Source of the DNA: Patescibacteria group bacterium
GTDB taxonomy: Bacteria; Patescibacteriota; WWE3; UBA101185; UBA10185
NCBI GenBank assembly: GCA_026004595.1
Contig: BPJL01000003.1
Location: 34,984-98,983 of the forward strand
DNA: 64,000 nucleotides
Reading direction: 5' to 3'
The translations under genes were made by a program, and so were the position numbers. How positions within the stretch are numbered: the first letter of the stretch is position 1; every line of letters starts with the position of its first letter. Positions 42,553 through 54,481 of the stretch are shown in pieces. The notes beneath the pieces are model-generated. The model was not told where the DNA came from and did not search any database. It worked only from the letters and a program-made list of their open reading frames with translations.

Positions 42553-43908
42553 TTATTCTTGAGCCTGGGATTCCATCTCAAAGAATTTCGTGAATTCTGC
42601 CTTAAAGAACAGGTCAAACTCACCAGTGGCTCCGTTTCTATGTTTCGCCACATTAAGCTTCAAGTTTGACCTATCATCTTCATTCGGCCTATACAAAAAC
42701 ATAACAACGTCGGCATCTTGCTCAATTGAACCCGAGTCTCTAAGGTCGGACAATTGGGGCTTTTTGTCGCCGCCCCTCTGCTCTACCGCTCTTGAAAGCT
42801 GGGACAAGGCCAAAACAGGAACTTTAAGTTCTCGGGCAAGATTTTTTTAAGCCTTGTGAAATTGCCGAAACTTCCTGCACACGGCTCTCGGCTTTAGGAG
42901 CGCGTATAAGCTGAAGGTAGTCCACTATGATCAGGTCTATTTTTTGCTCAAGCATGAGCCTTCTTGCCTTTGTTCTCATTTCAAGCATGCTAATGCCGGC
43001 CGTGTCGTCAACAAATATCGGGGCCTCGGCGAGTTCGCCTGCCGCCTACTCCGTATTTTTCAAAATCTTCATCATCAAGGTTACCAGTTGCAATCCTCCA
43101 ATTATCAATCCCCGCTTGAGCCGATATCATTCTGTCAACAAGCATTTCACGCCCCATCTCAAGCGAAAATATAGCTATTCCAAACTTTTTCTCCACTCCC
43201 GCATACTGCGCGATATTTAGAGCTAGGGATGTTTTACCAACGGAGGGCCTTGCCGCCAGGATTATCAGGTTTTCCTTTTGGAGACCTGACAGCAATCTAT
43301 CAACACTTTTTAATCCGGTCGGAATCCCTCTTAGTGCGCCCCTGTTCTTGCTTAGTTCGTCAAGCCTTTCAAATGTAATCTCCAGGGTATCCTTCAGGGG
43401 TATAAAGTCTTGGTACATTGCATCTTGCGAAACTGAGTACACTAATTGCTCGGCCTTGTCTAAAACCTCTGCTACTTCACCTTCGTCAAAAGCAAGTTCA
43501 CCTATCTCTGCTGATACAGATATAAGAGCTCTTTTTAATATAGTCATTTTTTATAAGTTTAGCGTAGGCCTCTATGTTTGCAGCCGTAGGCACAGAGTTC
43601 ACAAGTTCAGTCAGATAAGCTACACCTCCCACGGAAGCCAAAAGACCCTTCTTTTTTAGCTCGTTTGGTACCGTAATAAGATCGGTGGGCTCTCTTTTTT
43701 CAAACAAAGACAAAACTGCCGAATATATGTTTTGGTGAGGTTCGCGATAAAAGTGGTGGGGTCTTAAAAATTCCACCACCTTCACAATAGCATCCTTATC
43801 TAATAGCAAGGCACCAAGAACTGAACGTTCCGCCTGCTCGTCGTGTGGCGGCACGTGCACATTACGATTTTGTTCGTTATTTACTGAGACTCTTTTTCTC
43901 ACAGACAT
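42553..43908 (-). CDS. dnaB: Replicative DNA helicase DnaB, frameshifted
   Basis: [58 protein letters not shown]. Confidence 0.95.
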
Positions 43909-43911
43909 TTT

Positions 43912-44565
43912 TTAATGGGCAGGTTTAAGAATAACTACCTCGGTCTCTTCCGGTATTTCACCTCTTGAATATATTTTAAGCTTATCATCTTTTTTAACAT
44001 TGTTTTCAACTCCCATTTCGTCCATAAATTTATCCAGACCACCCAGCTTGTCAAAACCAACTAAATCATCGGTCTTATAGTGCATTGGTATAACAATTCC
44101 CGGCTCTATCGCAGAAATGACTTTTACCGCTTTTTTCGGCATCTATGGTAAAAACCCCACCTATAGGAATCATTAGCACATCCACGTTCGGTATTTTCTC
44201 TATGGTATCTTTGGAAAGCTCGTGGCCTAAATCTCCGAGATGCATAAGCGTAAATCCATCTATATCAATGTTGTATATCGTTTGGGTTCCCCTTTCCACC
44301 CCATTTTTATCATCGTGGGCGGTGGGTATTCCGTATATAAAAACGCCGTTTACTTCGTATTCCCCAGGGCCCTCAATTAAAAAGTTTGTACCCCGTTACT
44401 CCACCGATGTTATGGTGGTCATAATGGTCGTGAGTTGTTAGAAGAACATCAGCTTCCAGCTTGGGCAATTTATACCCTATTTTCGGATCGTAGGGATCTA
44501 TAACAATAGAAACCTCCTTACCCTTGATTTTAAAGCACGAATGGGCCGATATACGTAATTTCCAT
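43912..44565 (-). CDS. Metallo-beta-lactamase-fold hydrolase, frameshifted
   Basis: MEITYIGHSCF, THDHYDH, PGEYEV, HLGDLG, IPMHY. Confidence 0.85.
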
Positions 44566-44690
44566 AGCTCTCATAATAACAACTAAACGTTGACAAGGGA
44601 AGCCGGGTTTTCAAAAAACTTGCAAGTATAAATTTTTGAAAAAGAAGCTGGTTCTAACAAATGGTCAAAGTATCATATAATTTCCAAAGA

Positions 44691-45711
44691 ATGCCAAAAA
44701 AACAACTGCCCAAATACGTTTCCAACACAATACCAAAAGAGTAATGATAGCTTTTTTGGGAGCACACCTAATATGGGGCGCAGCCACGGCTGTTATAAAG
44801 TACACTCTCGATTACATCCCACCTTTTACACCCTTCTTTTTTCTGCGTTTTCTAATCGTGTGCATCTTTGTTCTTCCTATTCTCTCCCACCAACTGAAAA
44901 AAGAACCTATTAACAAGAAGGACTACCTTAACCTGTTCTTGCTGGGAGTTTTTTTCTCAAACTGCCCTAGTCATTCCCTTCGTGGCACTCAAGTTCACTA
45001 CAGCTCTAGATTTGGCAATTCTTGGTGTAATGGGCGCGGTGCTCACAGTATACGCTGGCCACTACTACTACCGTGACAAAATCAACGGCTGGGTCAATTG
45101 GGGGCTTTTTTTGGCCAGCGCGGGAACTCTTCTGGTTGTGGTTGAGCCTCTCCTTCTTAGTCACAACAACGAAGTATCGATGCTGGAACGCACTTTAGGA
45201 AATATTTTAGCTTTTTTTTATGCACTTCTTTGGGTTGTTTATGTAATCTGGACAAAAGTACACCATGGGTGAAGGCTCGGAAAAAATAAAGAGGACTTTA
45301 AGATTTCTCCACCTGCGTCCTATGACAAGAAATTACTCCGCAACAATCATCACTCTCTCCTCTTTTTTTGTCGGGCTCGCAACCTTGACCCCGCTTGCCA
45401 TTATTGAAAATATGGGAATTGGATCAACCCAAAACTTTGATATTTTAACCATAGATATTAGGGGAATAGCAGGTCTTTTCTATCTTGCAATTTTTTCCTC
45501 AATAATCGCGTATTGGCTTAATCAGTGGGCACTGCCACAAGGGAAAAGCTTCTGATTACGCAATATTTAGCTACTTGGCCCCCATTTTTTACTTTCCCCT
45601 TTGCTTACATACTGCTTGGGGAACTGCCCAATTCTCTTATGTTTGTCGGGGGGCATACTAATAGCCATAGGCGTGTTCCTGGCTGAGAAAGGAAACCACA
45701 AACCTTGTTAA
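44691..45711 (+). CDS. EamA/DMT family transporter, frameshifted
   Basis: IWGAATAVIK, PPFT..FLRF, YLAIFSSIIAYWL, LLGE; about 10 TM segments. Confidence 0.82.
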
Positions 45712-45743
45712 TCTGCCAAAAGGCTGGTATACTCACTCACGCT

Positions 45744-46069
45744 ATGAAAAAGGAAATACACCCTAAATTAAATACCGAATGTGTGGTCACATGCGCTTGT
45801 GGCAACACCTTCAAAAACAATGTCTACCCTACCCTCTATATCGGTAGAGATATGCTCCGAGTGCCATCCTTACTATACAGGGCAAAGAAGGTTTGTTGAC
45901 ACTGAAAAGAGAATTGACAAATTTAACAGAAAAAATGCAAATAGCAGAAGAGAAAAAGAAAGTGGCCGAAAAAATAAAAACAAGCAAGAAAGCCAAAAAA
46001 GGCAATGCCGGTCTAAAAGAAATGAGCGTAAAAGAAATGCTAGCTCAAATCAAGGAAAACGAACAGTAG
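45744..46069 (+). CDS. rpmE: 50S ribosomal protein L31, Zn-binding type with C-terminal extension, frameshifted
   Basis: MKKEIHP, CACGN, EICSECHPYYTG, VDTEKRIDKF. Confidence 0.93.
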
Positions 46070-46174
46070 GTAAATTCGAAAACTCATCTCCCAAAAACAA
46101 AAATATGGCAGAAAAAGGAGCCCGCCAGGGATATAATTCTTATAGAGCTGGGGGGGGGGCGTTGAAACGTAAAT

Positions 46175-47120
46175 ATGAACTACTACACGGAATATATTAA
46201 AAAAGAAATTGAAAAAATAGATAATCTCATAAAGGAGTATGGGGACATGAAAATTACAGCTGAGGATAGCTTAGTTCCCCTTATTGACGAGGAGATATCA
46301 AAACTTAAGATCCAGAAAGAGCAACTGGCAAACTCAAACTACGAAAGCGCTGACAGCGCGAAAGTCGCTGATGAAGTAGATAGCGAGGTAAATCCGAACG
46401 TTGCTATTCTTGAAATCCGTGCGGGAGACTGGCGGAAACGAAGCAGGAATTTTCGCCCACGATCTGTATCGTATGTACTCCCGCTTCGCAGAAAAAAAGG
46501 GATGGAGATTGACCGAACTATTTAGATCAGAAAATGAAATTGGGGGCGTAAGAACAATCTCAACAGAGATCAAAGGCACTAAAGCATATAGATTGCTAAG
46601 ACACGAGTCGGGAGTTCATAGAGTTCAGAGAGTACCAATTACAGAAGCCGGCGGCCGCATACACACATCAACCGCAACTGTGGCTGTACTCCCAAAACTG
46701 GAAAAAGTAGAAATTGACATACACCCTGACGATTTAGAATGGGAGTTTTTCCGTTCCGGAGGGAAGGGCGGTCAGAATGTAAATAAGGTATCTACAGCAG
46801 TAAGACTAACACACAAACCAACAGGGATTATAGTGGAATGCCAAGAAGAACGTTTTCAGGGCAAAAACAGAGAAAAGGCTTTGGAAATGCTTAGATCAAG
46901 GCTGTATACCGAAATGCAGGAGCAGCAGGTCAAAAGCATTACAGAACTAAGATCGGGCCAGATTGGAACCGGCATGAGAAACGAAAAAATTAGAACTTAC
47001 AACTATCCCCAAAACAGAGTTACTGACCACAGAGTAAACAAATCATGGCATAACATTGGAATAATAATGGACGGCGAGATAGGCGGAATCCTTGAATACT
47101 TAAACAATGAGTTAAAGTAA
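46175..47120 (+). CDS. prfA: Peptide chain release factor 1; frameshift near 46425
   Basis: [25 protein letters not shown] (PxT), [23 protein letters not shown]. Confidence 0.93.
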
Positions 47121-47126
47121 GACAAT

Positions 47127-48305
47127 CTATCTGAAATTTTCTGGCGCTGCTTCGATTTCAGCGACCAGATTTATCTTCTTGCCTTGCCTGTCAACTGTAA
47201 GGCTAATTTTGTCCCCAACTTTGGTTTTGGAAATTACTGAAGATAAAGAATTCTTTTCATTCAGCTCAGTGTCGTTTACTTTAGTAATGATATCTCCTCT
47301 TTTTAGACCGGCTTTTGAAGCGGGAGATTGGGGGACAACAGTCGAGATAAAAGCGCCCACCGGCATATCTCTAATCTGGGATATTTCGGGCGTAATCATT
47401 GTGTAAGTCACCCCAAGATAAGGCCTTACAATCCTTCCTTCTTTCAAGAAACCATCAAGAATCGGCATCAAAGTATTCACAGGAATAGCAAAACTAATGT
47501 TGTCGGCACCAATAGTTGTAGCAACATTTATACCTACAACCTGCCCAGCCGAATTCACAAGAGGACCCCCCGAATTGCCCGGATTAAGAGCTGCGTCGGT
47601 TTGTATGACGTTTTCGTAAGTCTTGACATCCCCAAAGCCACTTGTCGCTTGGAGCTGTCTTGATATTCCTGAAATTACACCAACAGTAACAGTATTCTGA
47701 TACTGTCCGAGGGCATTACCAATAGCTATTGCCATCTGCCCAACCTTTAAGGTATCTGAGTCGGCAAATTCAACAGTCGGTAGATTCCTTGCCGATATTT
47801 CAAGAATAGCAAGGTCGGATACTTCGTCAAGATGAATTTTTGACACCTCATAGGTTTTGCCATCATTTAAAACAACTGTATATTCGCCTCTAGGGTCATC
47901 TACTACGTGGCTATTTGTAACTATCAAACCGTTGGGATCGACAATAAATCCTGTACCTATTCCCTGGTCGCTGGTTACGGGACCGGTAAAAAAGTCAAAA
48001 CTAATCGTTTTAACAATTATTGACACAACCGCCGGAGAAACCTTTTCAACAGCCTTTATAACAGTAGACTCCTCATCAACAACTTGTTGTTTGGTCACTA
48101 CACGAGGGGCTGAATACTGAATCTCTCTGGAACCAAAAAATCTTCCTACCCTGCCTGCGATTCCACTGACCCAAGATGGTGTAGAAATGCGCATTTGGTT
48201 AACCAGTGCCTTATCACCGCTATACCTAACATCCAAAATTAAAATTAGGGAAATGAAAAAGACTAGCCAAGCAATCCCGATTAATGTTTTTGAAGGTTTT
48301 TTCAT
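47127..48305 (-). CDS. htrA: HtrA/DegP serine protease with PDZ domain
   Basis: TNSHVV, SDLA, GNSGGPL triad motifs; C-terminal PDZ; N-terminal TM. Confidence 0.93.
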   Translation of the reverse strand: MKKPSKTLIGIAWLVFFISLILILDVRYSGDKALVNQMRISTPSWVSGIAGRVGRFFGSREIQYSAPRVVTKQQVVDEESTVIKAVEKVSPAVVSIIVKTISFDFFTGPVTSDQGIGTGFIVDPNGLIVTNSHVVDDPRGEYTVVLNDGKTYEVSKIHLDEVSDLAILEISARNLPTVEFADSDTLKVGQMAIAIGNALGQYQNTVTVGVISGISRQLQATSGFGDVKTYENVIQTDAALNPGNSGGPLVNSAGQVVGINVATTIGADNISFAIPVNTLMPILDGFLKEGRIVRPYLGVTYTMITPEISQIRDMPVGAFISTVVPQSPASKAGLKRGDIITKVNDTELNEKNSLSSVISKTKVGDKISLTVDRQGKKINLVAEIEAAPENFR

Positions 48306-48338
48306 ACAAAATTACCTCCTCAATGATTTGGAATCATA

Positions 48339-49566
48339 CTACAGCTCATTTGCGAGCTCAAGAGCCGCATCAAGCTGAGGATCCCTCCCTTCTTTTATAT
48401 CCTCGTCTGTTATATCAACCGCAATATCAGGTTCTATACCGACATTGTGAACCCATTCCTTATCAGGAGTCAGCCACTTAGCGATAGTGATATGAACTCC
48501 AGAACCGTCGCTGAAATCCCGAGCATCTTGAATGGTACCTTTTCCAAAGGACTTTTTTCCTATCAATTTTGCGTCAATCTGCGACCTAAGGGCTGCAGCA
48601 AGAATTTCAGATGCCGAAGCGCTTCCCTCGTCTATCAAAACAATCACGCGTGGAACGTCTTTGAAACTTCCAGCGGTCTCTGCAAGCATCGGAGTCTGGT
48701 TGCCTAACGCGTCTTCCTGATACACTACTGGCTTTCCACCGAAGAATTCGCCAGCAATATGAACAGCCGATTGCAAATAACCGCCAGGGTTGCCTCTGAC
48801 ATCAACAATTACGGCATCAAGCTCCCGCATACTAACTACCAACTCCCCCACCGCCTTGTCCCATTCTTTATTTGTTTCCCCGCCGAATCTGCTTATTCTA
48901 ATGTAGGCAGTTCCCTGCCCTTTGTCCGTCCAGGTTACACTTGCTACTTTAATAACATCTCTAGTCAAATTTATCTCTCTGGGGGCATCGTTGCCAGTTT
49001 GTATTGTCAACTTAACCCGTGTACCGGCATCTCCTCTTATCTTCGCGACGGCCTCTGTAATGCTTATACCCACGGTAGATTCGTTCTCAATCATTAAAAT
49101 TTTATCTCCTGGCATCAAACCCGCAGCTTTAGCCGGAGAACCATCAAGAGGCGAAACAATTATCAATTGTCCGTCCTTTTGACCAAGCTCGGCTCCTATA
49201 CCCTGGTATTTTCCGTCAAGCTGTTCCGTAAGATTTTTGTTGATTGCGGGAGGTAGAAAAGAGGTATACGGATCGCCAAGAGCGGCAACCATTCCCTGTA
49301 TAGCACCATAAAGCATTTTTTGAGCATCAACCGGCCTTTCCAAGTAATCTTTATTCACAATTTCCCAGACCTCCCAGAAAAGCCCAAAGTCTATCTCTTT
49401 GTTCCCCGGATACTGATTTTTTATTTCGATTTTCGGAGGATTTTTTTCTTACTTCAAAGATATAACCGCTCTTTCCAAAATAGTAACCTCCGTAGAAAAA
49501 ACCTACGGCAATAAGAACCGTGATCAAAAATCGCTGAAACTTTTCAAATGGACTCATGTTGTTCAT
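48339..49566 (-). CDS. C-terminal processing peptidase S41; frameshifted near 49360-49440
   Basis: LGDPYT, GIGAE PDZ, DVRGNPGG, SASASE, GKGTIQ, DPQLDAA. Confidence 0.92.
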
Positions 49567-50550
49567 TCGATAATGTAAAAATTAGGCACATCAATTTCCA
49601 CCGCACCAAGTTCATTACCGAACCTTACAAATATACTAGATCCTGTAACTCTGTCAATCAAACCTATTTTGCCAAAATGAGGCTTCTGCAATACCTGCAC
49701 TACCTGACCTTTCACCACCTTTTTAACTACTTTGGGCAGCGCTTTTCTTTTTAGTACAGGTTGGGTCTTCTCTTCGGAAAGCTTTCCTTCATTAGAAGCC
49801 ATTGGTATCCTCAACACACCCAAGTCCCCGTGGAAAAACACGTGCCTGTAGGCGACCGAATTGATGAGCCTGTAGATAAAATCGGGGGTTTCTAATTTTC
49901 CAAATCCCGACAATACACCAAGACCCAAATTGACCGATTTTGCATAAGAGAAACTTGCGGGATCGGCGCTTCCTGCTATGACAGCGGAAATTTTCAGGTC
50001 ATTTGCCTTATTCATTATTTCAAGGTCGGCGTTGTGCCCAACATAAACTATTTTGCCCTGTGTAGTCTTTATAAAATTCTCTAAATAATACTTTTCCAGT
50101 ATTTCGGTTGGGTTCGGGAATACAACTAGTTCTCCAAAAGCAAACGTGTTCGTTGCGGCTACAAGATCAATTTCAGTCACTTTAGTTTTAATGAGCACTG
50201 AACTTTCAGGGACTATATCTTGAACTTCACCCCAGACACCCGAAAGTAGAGTGTATTTTACAGGCATTTCCTCATAAAAATACTCTTGAGATGTTTCATC
50301 AAAACTCATATAACCAGGGGCCTCTGCCAACACTTTTTTCCCATATAATTTGCCTATAACATTTCCCTTTTGGAAATATACTTTTTCTCTCACGAACTTG
50401 GCCGGTTTCAAAATCTCTTGGAAAATAAATTACATTAGGAGAATGCATACAGTCGCCAAGTTTTTGAAACGGCTCTAATACATCGCCTTTTTGCACAAAT
50501 AAGGTGCCTTTGTTAGGGAGGTATCGTTCAAACCAAGACCTCTTTGTCAT
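49563..50550 (-). CDS. Hypothetical protein with barrel-hybrid-like N-terminal repeats and KOW-like C-terminus; frameshift near 50415
   Basis: ERYLPNKGTLFVQKGD; GQVVQVLQKPHFGKIGLI. Confidence 0.6.
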
Positions 50551-50583
50551 TTATTATTTTTCTAACGACAGGAGCGATCATAT

Positions 50584-51585
50584 TTAAATGCCTCTAAGGG
50601 CCTCATCGATTTCTTTCATAAACGCGCTCATTACTTTGGCATCGGAAATCAGCTGGTTTCTTCGCGTGCGCGTATCAAAAAGGATTCCAAGTTTTCCGCC
50701 CGTTACTTCTCCCTCAATATTGCCCACATTTCTGTTTTTAATGCTGATTTTGGTGGGGACAGAGACATCGAGAGGCAGAATAAACACCGCACCCCCACTA
50801 AGGTCAAAAAACTGGCTTGTTTCAAGAGCAGTTGTCACCAATACCTCGGTCTGCCCAGGCGCAATGACAAACGTACCAACATCCTCTATCATTTCGGAGC
50901 AATCTACATCCAGTCCTGAATTGTATTCTTTTATCAGCGCGGCCAAAAGAACGGCATTGTTTTTGTCCATTTTTACATAGTAGCAACCAGGGCTATTAAT
51001 AAGATCTAGAGCTAACGAATACTTGAAAACCGGCTCATAATCACGTTTCGCAAACCGATCTCCTGTAAAAACAATGGGTTTGTCGGAAGCGGGATCTATG
51101 TTTGCCCGCCTCACTTTATCAATAATCAAACCGTCCAAGCTTACCTGATCCTCATAATCACGCGTTATTAGCTGGGGGTAAATAGAAAGATTGGCATAAA
51201 ACTCATTGTTCGTAAGAAAATTTACAGGTACCTCTGAAAGGAACCTGTCTCTTGTCAGAATAGTGCTTTCATCAACTAATACAGGATAGTCTTCGTTGTG
51301 TTTTGAAATAAGAGAATAGGCATCTGCAGCTAATTTAATATTAAGATCCGGCATTGGGAGGGCAATAAAACCAGTTAAAAGAACATCAAAATCGGACAAT
51401 TTCGTTCTGTTTTCTTTTGCTATAGCATCCAAAACCTGCTTATAAAAAATGTTTTCATCGCAGACGCTGGAAAAAAGTTCATGGGAATAAGAATACGGAA
51501 ACCTTTGAAATACAAAAGAGCCGTCTGACTTCTCAAGAGCTGTGCTGACACCTGAATAACCTATGTAGGCAGCTAAAACGGGCAT
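50584..51585 (-). CDS. Hypothetical protein, degenerate GlmL/ASKHA-like
   Basis: VLAAYIG N-terminus, VFTGD, C-terminal GGKLGILFDTR; family assignment from recall only. Confidence 0.55.
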   Translation of the reverse strand: MPVLAAYIGYSGVSTALEKSDGSFVFQRFPYSYSHELFSSVCDENIFYKQVLDAIAKENRTKLSDFDVLLTGFIALPMPDLNIKLAADAYSLISKHNEDYPVLVDESTILTRDRFLSEVPVNFLTNNEFYANLSIYPQLITRDYEDQVSLDGLIIDKVRRANIDPASDKPIVFTGDRFAKRDYEPVFKYSLALDLINSPGCYYVKMDKNNAVLLAALIKEYNSGLDVDCSEMIEDVGTFVIAPGQTEVLVTTALETSQFFDLSGGAVFILPLDVSVPTKISIKNRNVGNIEGEVTGGKLGILFDTRTRRNQLISDAKVMSAFMKEIDEALRGI

Positions 51586-51597
51586 GAGTATATAGTA

Positions 51598-51852
51598 TCA
51601 GATGGAGTGTCTTTCTGTATATGGGATAAGACCCATATATCTAGCCCTCTTAATCTCTCGAGCCAACTTTCTTTGGTGTGTTGATGTCACACCGGAGTAC
51701 TTTTGAGGTATTATCTTTCCCCTGTCGCTTATAAACCTCCTTAACACAAGAACCTCTTTGTAATCGGGGGTCGTCCCGGTTTGGGTAAAGTAGCACTCGG
51801 TGTTCTTTCTTACTTTTCTCTGCGTTTTTGTTGTTTTCTTTTTTGTCGCCAT
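51598..51852 (-). CDS. rpsR: 30S ribosomal protein S18
   Basis: PDYK..LRRFISDRGKIIP...HQRKLAREIKRARYMGLIPY. Confidence 0.97.
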   Translation of the reverse strand: MATKKKTTKTQRKVRKNTECYFTQTGTTPDYKEVLVLRRFISDRGKIIPQKYSGVTSTHQRKLAREIKRARYMGLIPYTERHSI

Positions 51853-51896
51853 AGGTTTTGGTGCGGCCCCTGCCAGGCAGGGGCCTGTTGTTCAAT

Positions 51897-52349
51897 TTAG
51901 TTTGAAGAATCTAAATCCCCAAGATCTATATCATCAAGGTTTATATCTTCTTCAGGCTCTTCTCCGCTGACAAACTCCTCTTCAGGAATCTCTTCTTCAC
52001 CTTCGGACCCGTCTTTCTTGGGGGTCAGTATTATCATGTCGTCAATTATTATCTCAGTCTTGTACCTCTTTTTCCCATCATCTCCAGTCCAGTCTCTAGT
52101 CTGAAGTCTTCCTTCAACATAAACCTTGGTACCCTTTTTAAGGAGCTGGCCGCATATCTCGGCCAATTTATTCCAAGCTACGATGTTGTGAAAGTCAACA
52201 GATTGTTTCTTTTCACCCTGTGTGACCCATTCTCTATTCGTGGCCACCACAAAACTTGCTACTGCGTTTCCCTGAGGAGTGTATCTCATCTCAGGATCTC
52301 TCGTGAGGTTACCTATGAGTATTACCTTATTCAGGTTTCTTGATGCCAT
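51897..52349 (-). CDS. ssb: Single-stranded DNA-binding protein
   Basis: LNKVILIGNLTRDPEMRYT, VEGRLQTR, acidic tail. Confidence 0.97.
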   Translation of the reverse strand: MASRNLNKVILIGNLTRDPEMRYTPQGNAVASFVVATNREWVTQGEKKQSVDFHNIVAWNKLAEICGQLLKKGTKVYVEGRLQTRDWTGDDGKKRYKTEIIIDDMIILTPKKDGSEGEEEIPEEEFVSGEEPEEDINLDDIDLGDLDSSN

Positions 52350-52362
52350 ATCCCTCCAAATG

Positions 52363-52647
52363 TCAGCTCTGAGCTGTAATTAAATACCGTAAAACTCCAT
52401 TTATGAGTTTAAGCTTGCTTTCAAATTTTTTGAGTTTGGCGGGCTCCATATCAAAGTTAATTACATCGTAAAAGCCCTCTCTCTGATTTTTAATTTCATA
52501 AGCAAATTTTCTTTTTCCCCAGAAATTGGCGGATGTGACCTTGCCCCCAGCCTCCTCAATCATTTCACACACCTTGCCGGACAGTTCTTTAGCACCCTGC
52601 TCAGCAAGTTCAATTTTATATATGTTCATTATTTCGTATTGCTTCAT
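52363..52647 (-). CDS. rpsF: 30S ribosomal protein S6
   Basis: MKQYEIM, WGKRKFAYEIK, VLRYLI; rpsF-ssb-rpsR order. Confidence 0.95.
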   Translation of the reverse strand: MKQYEIMNIYKIELAEQGAKELSGKVCEMIEEAGGKVTSANFWGKRKFAYEIKNQREGFYDVINFDMEPAKLKKFESKLKLINGVLRYLITAQS

Positions 52648-52786
52648 ATTTTAAGAAAATTTCTTTGCCAACGAGTCTATTATATACATTATGCCTATAG
52701 TGTCCACCAAAGACGTCTAATGTAACTAGAATCGATTTAGCCTACAAATAGTACAAAAAAAGTCGTTTTTTGCGCAAGAGGCGAGC

Positions 52787-53902
52787 TTAAACACTGAAAT
52801 GAAACTCTACAACATCGCCGTCTTTCATGGTATAGTTTTTACCTTCAAGACGAACCAGACCTTTTTCCTTGGCCTTTTTTAAGCTTCCTAACGGCCTGAG
52901 ATCCTCGTAATTTATCACTTCGGCAGATATAAATCCGCGTTCAAAGTCTGTGTGAATTTTACCTGCCGCACGGGGTGCTTTATCGCCTTTTGTGAAAGTC
53001 CACGCTCTTACTTCTTTAGGTCCCATAGTGAGAAAGGATTCAAGATCAAGAAGCTCATAGCTCTTTCTTATCAATCGGTTTAGTCCCGGTTCTGAAATTC
53101 CAAGCTCCTTCATGTAAGATGCGCGCTCCGATTCGGAGAAATCTGCCAATTCCGCCTCTATTTTAGCACAAATTACTAAAGCTTCTTTACCTGATATATA
53201 TATATTTTGAGTATTAAGAGTACTCAATTTTGATTCGTCTGTGTTTAACACTACTATCATAGGTTTCATGGTAAGCAAATTAAGGTCTTTAAGAAGTTTT
53301 ATTTCCTCTTTTTCAAGGTTCAAAGAGGATGCAAGATCTCCTCTATCCAAAGTTTCTCTAATTTTTCTTATAACCTCTAGTTTATGTCGCAATTTAGGAT
53401 CTCTGGAAGTTTTTAACTCCTTCTCAAGGGTGGGAACCTTTTTTTCAAGAGATTGAAGATCGGCTAGGATAAGTTCGGTGTTGATGGTTTGAATATCTTC
53501 TTCCGGATTTACCGCCCCCGCTCGTACAACATTTTCGTCAGAAAAGTCGCGGACTACCTGAACTACGGCATCAACTTCTCGGATGTGGCCAAGAAATTCA
53601 TTGCCAAGACCTTCGCCTTTAGAGGCACCTTTAACAAGACCGGCTATATCATAAAACTTTACTACCGCTGCTATTATTTTTTCGGGTATTTCTCGATCTC
53701 CCGATTTGGCTCCGTAATCGTTTCTGACATACTGGGCAAGATCATAAAGACGCGGGTCGGGGACATCCACAATACCAATATTGGGCTCTATTGTAGCGAA
53801 GGGATAGTTAGCCGCAAGGGCGGCCTGGCGCCTGAGTAAAGCATTAAACAGTGTTGATTTGCCAACGTTGGGGAGACCGACAATTCCTATGGATAGAGAC
53901 AC
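52787..53902 (-). CDS. ychF: Ribosome-binding ATPase YchF
   Basis: [52 protein letters not shown]. Confidence 0.97.
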   Translation of the reverse strand: MSLSIGIVGLPNVGKSTLFNALLRRQAALAANYPFATIEPNIGIVDVPDPRLYDLAQYVRNDYGAKSGDREIPEKIIAAVVKFYDIAGLVKGASKGEGLGNEFLGHIREVDAVVQVVRDFSDENVVRAGAVNPEEDIQTINTELILADLQSLEKKVPTLEKELKTSRDPKLRHKLEVIRKIRETLDRGDLASSLNLEKEEIKLLKDLNLLTMKPMIVVLNTDESKLSTLNTQNIYISGKEALVICAKIEAELADFSESERASYMKELGISEPGLNRLIRKSYELLDLESFLTMGPKEVRAWTFTKGDKAPRAAGKIHTDFERGFISAEVINYEDLRPLGSLKKAKEKGLVRLEGKNYTMKDGDVVEFHFSV

Positions 53903-54047
53903 AGATTGATACTCCCTTTTGAACCTAGCAAACCGGTTACTATATCAAATAAGTACAAGCAGGGTAAGAATTTTTTTTCTGGTTTGGCGGTTCCAATGGT
54001 TAATGACATACGGAGTGATTATATAGTCGGGAGAGGTTTTTGGGAAT

Positions 54048-54089
54048 AAAAAAGCCCCCGAATAAATCTTTGAGATTTAAAACGGGGGG
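54048..54089 (-). terminator. Intrinsic terminator after the orphan at 54109-54438
   Basis: CCCCCG..TAAATCT-TTG-AGATTTA..CGGGGG; A6 tract on plus strand gives U tract on minus. Confidence 0.7.
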
Positions 54090-54108
54090 ATTTACTAACA
54101 AGAGAAGT

Positions 54109-54438
54109 TTAAGCTTTCCTTCTTTTTGGAGAATCAATTTCCAGCAGGTGAGGAATAAGCTCAAAGAGATTTAACTCGGCAATACGCGGATCGGTATTAC
54201 TAAGATCTCGCAATTCCTTAAAGAACCGCTCTTTTGAAAATAAAGGGGGTTCCGGAACTTCGATATCTAGCTGTAAGCAAAAAGATGCTGCCGCTTCGTA
54301 TGACCTGAAAACTGCAATTACAGGCTGCTTGTCGCGCCCTCCCACAACAAGCAAAATAAATCTCTCGTATCCTTCAACAAATCGGACACGAAACAATTTT
54401 ATCTGTACGGGTAAGTAATCCCGCCTTATCACCATCAC
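54109..54438 (-). CDS. Hypothetical protein, 109 aa, stand-alone orphan
   Basis: TATAAT (54469-54474, minus), SD AAAGGAGA, downstream terminator. Confidence 0.7.
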   Translation of the reverse strand: MMVIRRDYLPVQIKLFRVRFVEGYERFILLVVGGRDKQPVIAVFRSYEAAASFCLQLDIEVPEPPLFSKERFFKELRDLSNTDPRIAELNLFELIPHLLEIDSPKRRKA

Positions 54439-54481
54439 TTTCTCCTTTCATCCTATAGAAGTTATGGGATTATACGCCTTT

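Noticed and set aside
46150..46159. G10 tract before prfA (and C12 at 61909-61920) as phase-variation switches
   Set aside because: Homopolymer lengths are unreliable in this assembly, and prfA is an unlikely phase-variable gene; needs read-level data.
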